Shown piece by piece: positions 48,300 through 53,499 of a stretch of DNA of 53,499 bases. Each line of letters opens with the position of its first letter. Position 1 is the stretch's first letter. Position numbers and translations under genes: made by a program. The notes beneath the pieces were generated by a model. That model did no database searches and had not been told where the DNA came from. It saw only the letters and a list, made by a program, of their open reading frames with translations. The stretch comes from Candidatus Bathyarchaeota archaeon (lineage in GTDB: Archaea; Thermoproteota; Bathyarchaeia; 40CM-2-53-6), in contig VBBR01000036.1 of the NCBI GenBank assembly GCA_005881615.1, positions 4,847-58,345 on the forward strand, read 5' to 3'.

Positions 48300-48725
48300 C
48301 TATTTCTTTCCGGTAATTGCTACGCGAGGATTCTCACTAAGCTGAGTGTTGCTAGGTGTTGAGAAGATCGGATCGTTTCGTTGTACCCGCTTTGGATATA
48401 GATGGTCCACGACTACTCGATCTCTGAGCAGGACCATTCTATCTCTGAGGGAGTCTTGATAGTTGAAATCCGCTCTCATTTGGTACTCTTGACAGAGCAA
48501 AGTCATCGTCCTGTAGACGAGAACGCGAGCGCTTGCTCCGAGAGAATCTGTCAGGACCGCGACGACATCGTCAAAGCGAGAAGATATTTCTGACTGTTCA
48601 ATTCCTTTCTTTGCAAGTAGATCGTAGATTACATCGCGAACTGTCGGTCCCATGCCGTCGAGAGCGTTCCGAAAACAGTCGTTCACGGTTTCATGGAACA
48701 GAGTCGAGATCTGGGTGCGCATCAA
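48300..48725 (-). CDS. Small helical protein (DUF3227-like)
   Basis: FHETVNDCF..MGPTVRDVIYDLL..FDDVVAVLTDSLGASARVL; family call from recall only. Confidence 0.6.
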   Translation of the reverse strand: MMRTQISTLFHETVNDCFRNALDGMGPTVRDVIYDLLAKKGIEQSEISSRFDDVVAVLTDSLGASARVLVYRTMTLLCQEYQMRADFNYQDSLRDRMVLLRDRVVVDHLYPKRVQRNDPIFSTPSNTQLSENPRVAITGKK

Positions 48726-49012
48726 CTGGTGGCCTAGAACAGAGTATCTCGGAAGGGAACCGGATACACATGTTGTAACAGCGAATTACACTCTCCGGGA
48801 CTGGAGGAAGAGCTGGAATGGACATGAAGTGTTGATTATTCCTAGCCGATAAGAATGGAAAGGGGCGACCATAGTTCGAGGGTACACTCGGTTCGTTCAG
48901 CTGGATCAAGAGCCTGCTCCCGAACGATCGGGATGAAAGAATGGCCAAACGTACAATTCGCGTTCAACGGTTTTATATGCCGTTAACAGGGGCTCATGAG
49001 GAAGGATTTACC

Positions 49013-49396
49013 TTGGCGGAAGGAAACGTTCGGAAGCTCATCGAGGACGCTAGTTTTCCAAACCAGTGGCCTACAAAGGAGACTCATATTCAACACAAGG
49101 TCCTCTACAAGAACGGAGTGAGCAAAGAGTACGGAGTCCACGGGAGCAACGTCGGTGTGGACTTTGACATTTGCATCGCCGACGGTATCTGCATAACCGT
49201 CTGCCCTGTAAACGTGTTCGACCGGATGGAACTACCCGGAGAACAGGAGAAAATGGACAAGGGCGTCACCAATGACAGTGGAAAGGCACCTTTGGCGAAC
49301 TGGAAAGCTGACCCGGCCCGCGAACAGGACTGTATCTTCTGTCGAGCCTGCGAAATCCAGTGCCCAGTCCAAGCGATCAAGATAACCGAACCCTAG
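49013..49396 (+). CDS. zfx: Zinc-containing dicluster ferredoxin (Zfx type)
   Basis: HxxH..VHG..VGVDFDICIADGICITVCPVNVF; KADP; CIFCRACEIQCP; TTG start assumed. Confidence 0.85.
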   Translation: MAEGNVRKLIEDASFPNQWPTKETHIQHKVLYKNGVSKEYGVHGSNVGVDFDICIADGICITVCPVNVFDRMELPGEQEKMDKGVTNDSGKAPLANWKADPAREQDCIFCRACEIQCPVQAIKITEP

Positions 49397-49723
49397 GAAA
49401 TTCTACTGGAAACGAACAACAGGCAGATCGGACGTCTCTCAGAGCCAGTTTACTTTCAACGTCCTGTCCAGACTGTCCGCTCATGCGTCGTGAGAGCGTT
49501 GACACATATCCCCTTTTTTTCCTGGAAGATTTCATGGGTGGTGGCAGTGATTCCGGGCGAGTCCAGCATGTCAGGGCGTGGTTCTAGCTTTGATGCTAGG
49601 GCGAAACTTGCCTTTTTTTTTCCATTTCCCGAACAATTCTCGGTGAACGATCGGACAGCATCCCAGATTCGAGATCAGGGCTGATAACTGGCGATTTTTC
49701 ACTCCGAGAACTTAGCTAAGAGA

Positions 49724-50131
49724 TCAGGAGTTGATGCGGATCGCTAAGCCGACTGGCTTAGCTTTGCCACGGCTGAATCGTTCGGTAAACCTGATCATTC
49801 TGTACATCATTCCATATTTCCTCTGTAGAAGGGAGAATACGTGTTTAGAGGATTCCGAATTGACCTTTCGAGCTTCCCCTCCGACCCATGCCCCCTTGAC
49901 ATTTCCGCGTATGTTACAAGTAGCGATTCGAACGCGGGGATTGTTGCGTATCCGTTTCACTTTTCCAGCGTCGGAATCAGTACGAAAGAATAGTTCTCCG
50001 TTCTCCTCGACAAACCAGACGGGGGTTCGGACAGGGTCACCTGTCTTCCGGTAAGTTTCGATGCAGATGTATTTCTCGCCGGTGAACTGGGACAACTTGT
50101 CGCCTGCCGCACTCACTGGAGATTGCTCCAC
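49724..50131 (-). CDS. PPOX-class F420-dependent oxidoreductase
   Basis: KYICIETYRKTGDPVRTPVW, GKVKRIRNNPRV, LQRKYG. Confidence 0.9.
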   Translation of the reverse strand: MEQSPVSAAGDKLSQFTGEKYICIETYRKTGDPVRTPVWFVEENGELFFRTDSDAGKVKRIRNNPRVRIATCNIRGNVKGAWVGGEARKVNSESSKHVFSLLQRKYGMMYRMIRFTERFSRGKAKPVGLAIRINS

Positions 50132-50144
50132 GGTCGATGCCGCC

Positions 50145-51230
50145 TTAGGGGACGCCGATGGTGTTTCCTACGCCAACGAGGATAATGCTCTCGCCTGGCT
50201 TGGACTTCGATCTGATCTCGTTCTGGACCCTGTTAACGGCTGCATTAACTCCGGTCTTGACTAGAGGGGTGATGGAGGATATGGCCTCTTTTGAGGACAT
50301 TTTGACCACTACCGCCAAGAGAGGGATCTGGTTCTTCGAGGCGCTAGCCTCTATATGATATCGCTCTGTTCCAGGCCCGCCGATAGCAGCGCCAATTCCC
50401 TCTGCAACATCTCCGCTAGGTTCGCCTTCGAACTTCAATGCCGCATCGACCGTAACCACGAGACTTATCGGTCTCGATTCCTGGATCAACTTCTCGACTG
50501 CAAGACCGGGTTTTCCAACGTTTCCTCCGGGTCCCTTTGCTCTGACAACCCAAACCCTTCGACCTTCAAAATCAACATCGTAGACCATTGTGTCCTTGAC
50601 TAGCTCGTTTCCTTGTCGTCCAGCTGTGATCTGGCTTACAACCAAGGGTCCGACACCGTCGCCTATCGGTTCGGCTTTTGCGAAAGCGTCGATTGCTGCA
50701 CCGTAGGCTTCGGCCTCTTCCATGATCATGGGTAGGGCCATTTGGAGCTGTGCGAGCGCCATTATTCCTCCGGTTTTCTTGGCAAGGAGGTAGAAGTGGC
50801 GGACTAGGCGGAACATGCCGTCTAAGCCAATTGAGATCTCGAGTTGGTTGCTGAGAGTGTTCACGTCAGATTCGGTGGCGTTAGGGGCAATCGCCTTGAC
50901 TTCCATTTTCAAATGGTCATCGTACGTATCTAGAACATGTTCTAGTTTTCCGACTATTCCGGAGGGATCGAGGCTTACAGGGGTAATGGTGAAGGAGTTG
51001 TTGAGTCTGTCGATTTTGGTCTCGACGGTCTTCTTGTCCATCTGGAATCGGGATATCGAGTCGACGAATTTTTGGCGGGCGGCTGTTTTGCTTCTTTCCA
51101 GCTTGCCGAGGCTGCGCTTGACGCTGACCAGCTGCCATTGCACTTGGAGGCGTTGCCCGTAGAAGAAGATGAGGAAGAAAGAGGCGAAGTATACGAGGTT
51201 TACTATCTGGCCGAGATCGATAAGAGCCAT
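50145..51230 (-). CDS. DUF1512 family protein
   Basis: PIGDGVGP, KGPGGNVGKPG, VDAALKFEGE, GVGNTIG. Confidence 0.85.
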   Translation of the reverse strand: MALIDLGQIVNLVYFASFFLIFFYGQRLQVQWQLVSVKRSLGKLERSKTAARQKFVDSISRFQMDKKTVETKIDRLNNSFTITPVSLDPSGIVGKLEHVLDTYDDHLKMEVKAIAPNATESDVNTLSNQLEISIGLDGMFRLVRHFYLLAKKTGGIMALAQLQMALPMIMEEAEAYGAAIDAFAKAEPIGDGVGPLVVSQITAGRQGNELVKDTMVYDVDFEGRRVWVVRAKGPGGNVGKPGLAVEKLIQESRPISLVVTVDAALKFEGEPSGDVAEGIGAAIGGPGTERYHIEASASKNQIPLLAVVVKMSSKEAISSITPLVKTGVNAAVNRVQNEIRSKSKPGESIILVGVGNTIGVP

Positions 51231-51239
51231 GTTACTGTT

Positions 51240-52214
51240 CTACCTTTCCCTTGAAGCGGACACTGCTATAGGAGATTCCTTCAATCTCAGTAAAGCTTTT
51301 CGTTTTGCGTTGAGCCTTATGAAGTCCACTTCAACCTCTTCTTTGATAGCAAGCTTCGAGAGTGCCATCAGAACGTCCTTCATCTGTTTGACCGCGTGGG
51401 ACCCGACCTGTATTATCACGTCGCCCACCCGCATTCCTGCATCGTAAGCTGGTCCTCGCGTGTCCACTTCGACCACCAAGACTCCCGAGTCGGCTGGGAG
51501 GTCGTATCTTCGCGCGATCGCCTGGTTCATGTTGGCTCCTGATATTCCAAGCCATGGGCGGACGACTCTTCCTTTTTCGAGGATTTGCTGGACCACCCAT
51601 TTTATCGTGTTGACGGGGATAGCGAAGCCTACTCCTTGGGCGAATGGAATCATCGCTGTGTTCATTCCAATCATGTTTCCGCCTATGTCAGCGAGGGGTC
51701 CGCCGCTATTTCCGGGATTGATAGCTGTGTCCGTCTGGATGAGCCCTTCGAAGATGAAGTCCGTGCCGGGCAGAGGCCGTCCGAGGGCGCTTACCACTCC
51801 CATGGAGACTGTTGGTCCTCCTTGGAGCCCAAGCGTGTTGCCGATGGCGAGAGCTATTTGTCCAACCTTCAGTTTCTCCGAGTCGCCTAGGCTGGCGGCA
51901 GGGAGATTGGCGGCGTCTACTTTGATTACGGCGATGTCTGTGGAAGCATCTGAGCCTACGACTTCGCCGAGGAAGGTTCTGCCGTCTTTCAGGTGAACCT
52001 GGACTCTTGTCGCTCCATCGATTACGTGATTGTTGGTAATGACGTATCCGTTGCGGTCGATTATTAGTCCGGAGCCTTTTCCTTCGATTGGCACGAGGCC
52101 GTAGCGGAAGTCTCGGGTAACTCGGACACTGTCTATGCTGACAACGCTCTCGGTTAGCCGCTCAACTGCTTCGGTAATCTGGTTCTCAAGCGCAGATAGG
52201 ATTGTTGCTGTCAT
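51240..52214 (-). CDS. HtrA/DegP serine protease with PDZ domain
   Basis: GSGLII, TNNHV, DIAVIK, QTDTAINPGNSGGPL, PWLGI. Confidence 0.93.
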   Translation of the reverse strand: MTATILSALENQITEAVERLTESVVSIDSVRVTRDFRYGLVPIEGKGSGLIIDRNGYVITNNHVIDGATRVQVHLKDGRTFLGEVVGSDASTDIAVIKVDAANLPAASLGDSEKLKVGQIALAIGNTLGLQGGPTVSMGVVSALGRPLPGTDFIFEGLIQTDTAINPGNSGGPLADIGGNMIGMNTAMIPFAQGVGFAIPVNTIKWVVQQILEKGRVVRPWLGISGANMNQAIARRYDLPADSGVLVVEVDTRGPAYDAGMRVGDVIIQVGSHAVKQMKDVLMALSKLAIKEEVEVDFIRLNAKRKALLRLKESPIAVSASRER

Positions 52215-52216
52215 GT

Positions 52217-52606
52217 TTAGAGCCCCCAACTTGTCTTTCCCACTGGCGTGATTCTGAGGTATAGCTTCTCGTCTTTCTCTTTGGTCTCAACAAGCCCGGT
52301 GACCTCGAGGCCACGAGGGATTAGCCGGTTGGCTGATTCTAAATCATCGACAAGGAGGGTGATCTTTTCCGCGTCTAGATCTTGGAATCTTGGACTGTAT
52401 TTCAGGTTCCAACCACTCAAGTATAGGTAGCGTCCGTCGAACTCGTAAATTACGGGAACGATGTGGGGTTGGGAGTCCTCACAGACGAACGCGATTCTTG
52501 CCAAGCTTCTCTCCATCAGGTATCGGAATTCTCTCTCGGTGAAACCTCTGACACCGTCTTTATGTCGCATATCTCCGTTAGATTGTTTGTTGCTGATCAT
52601 TTTCAT
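52217..52606 (-). CDS. Pyridoxamine 5'-phosphate oxidase-like (PPOX) protein, possibly divergent
   Basis: FTEREFRYL..LARIA..PHIVPV..LLVDD..PRGLEVTG..SWGL. Confidence 0.7.
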   Translation of the reverse strand: MKMISNKQSNGDMRHKDGVRGFTEREFRYLMERSLARIAFVCEDSQPHIVPVIYEFDGRYLYLSGWNLKYSPRFQDLDAEKITLLVDDLESANRLIPRGLEVTGLVETKEKDEKLYLRITPVGKTSWGL

Positions 52607-53011
52607 TCACCTATTCGTGAAATAGTTGTCCAGCGTATCTTTGTTGGTAGTCATCAGTCGATGAAGCCGAGTCCAACGGCGAGATGTGGGCTCTGGCTCG
52701 AAAGAGCCGACTGGGCCGATGCTGGGTAGAAGGTTGCCATGACCAAGCGTAAAACCCTGACCTGCAAACGGTCTAGCTGGCCCGGTGAATGCCAGGCGAG
52801 AGCCGTGAGGTTCGCGGCCGTCGCGTCTGCATGTGAAGCAATGGTACAGGAACCCCTGACTGAAGGTAATCCTGAAAGTCGATGCCGATGAGTCAAGCCC
52901 CAGATCAAATCGAAGACTTGACAGAACCTGTCGCATCATGTCTGAACTAGCTACTGGTCAGTCACGCTTATATACTTGGTAGTCCGGGGAAACTAAGTGG
53001 GTATTAGTTAG

Positions 53012-53425
53012 TTGAGTAAGTCAACCCAGGTTAACCAGGACATCACGAAAGAGCAGACCGAGGAATGTAAGTTGCTACATTCTGCCTGGAACGATCTGAC
53101 TAAGGTCTGGACCCTTCCGGTGATCCACGCTCTAGGGCTCAAGGAGCCGGCAAGATTCAACGAGCTCAAGAGGAGAATACAGGGGATTAGCGCCACGAGC
53201 CTCGCTGAGAGGCTGAATGAGCTTGACCAGAGAAAGATCATCGAGCGCAAAGTCTACCCTGAGACTCCGCCTAGAGTGGAATACTCCCTCACCAAGAAGG
53301 GGATGGAACTACGTGCTCTCCTAGGCGACCTCGCTGAATGGGTGAAAAAATGGGACAAAGAGGACATTCCGGGCGCGGAAAAGATTCGGGAAGAGAAACT
53401 CCGCCCGATCGCACGCGTCAAGTAA
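53012..53425 (+). CDS. HxlR family wHTH regulator
   Basis: WTLPVIHAL, RFNELKRRIQGIS, YPETPPRVEYSLTKKG. Confidence 0.92.
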   Translation: MSKSTQVNQDITKEQTEECKLLHSAWNDLTKVWTLPVIHALGLKEPARFNELKRRIQGISATSLAERLNELDQRKIIERKVYPETPPRVEYSLTKKGMELRALLGDLAEWVKKWDKEDIPGAEKIREEKLRPIARVK

Positions 53426-53499
53426 TTTGAACTCTATCAGTCAATGACGATTACCCAGTCAAACATGAGTGTGATCCCAAAGTCCAAGGTCCTGCCTTG

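Noticed and set aside
52607-52939. 110-aa ORF or structured RNA (GGCTC-GAAA-GAGCC hairpin)
   Set aside because: No recognisable protein motif, and one hairpin is insufficient evidence
339-53250. Numerous antisense or overlapping ORFs in the track
   Set aside because: They are shadows of well-supported genes and have no motifs of their own

Overview
Archaeal chromosomal segment, probably from a TACK archaeon (inferred from Elf1, a Zn-ferredoxin, DUF1512, the tetraether synthase and intron-containing tRNAs; Bathyarchaeia-like is a guess). 1-11.7 kb is a type IV pilus locus: two TadC/ArlJ platform proteins, an assembly ATPase, two KaiC/RAD55 proteins, four pilins, a wHTH protein, TrmB and an A24 prepilin peptidase. 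It is followed by a solo tnpB, Lrp, tiaS, a beta-helix pilin and an initiator tRNA with two non-canonical introns. Further on are surface proteins, an S9 peptidase, tes, elf1, serS, a nuoB-C-D-I plus FpoF-like operon whose nuoI holds a frame-broken intein, a PKD/MinD/V4R module, tRNA-Ser(CGA), a Zn-ferredoxin and HtrA. The main observation is a 351-bp non-autonomous element in two copies (22456-22806, 29837-30187). Each copy has IS6-like terminal inverted repeats and its own 8-bp target-site duplication, yet carries the 3' end (expected omega-RNA scaffold) of the tnpB family found at 11757-12971. Both reconstructed empty sites have a YTTR motif next to the would-be guide. This suggests a TIR/DDE-type mobile element coupled to TnpB guide RNAs. 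All annotations are by eye; no searches were run.
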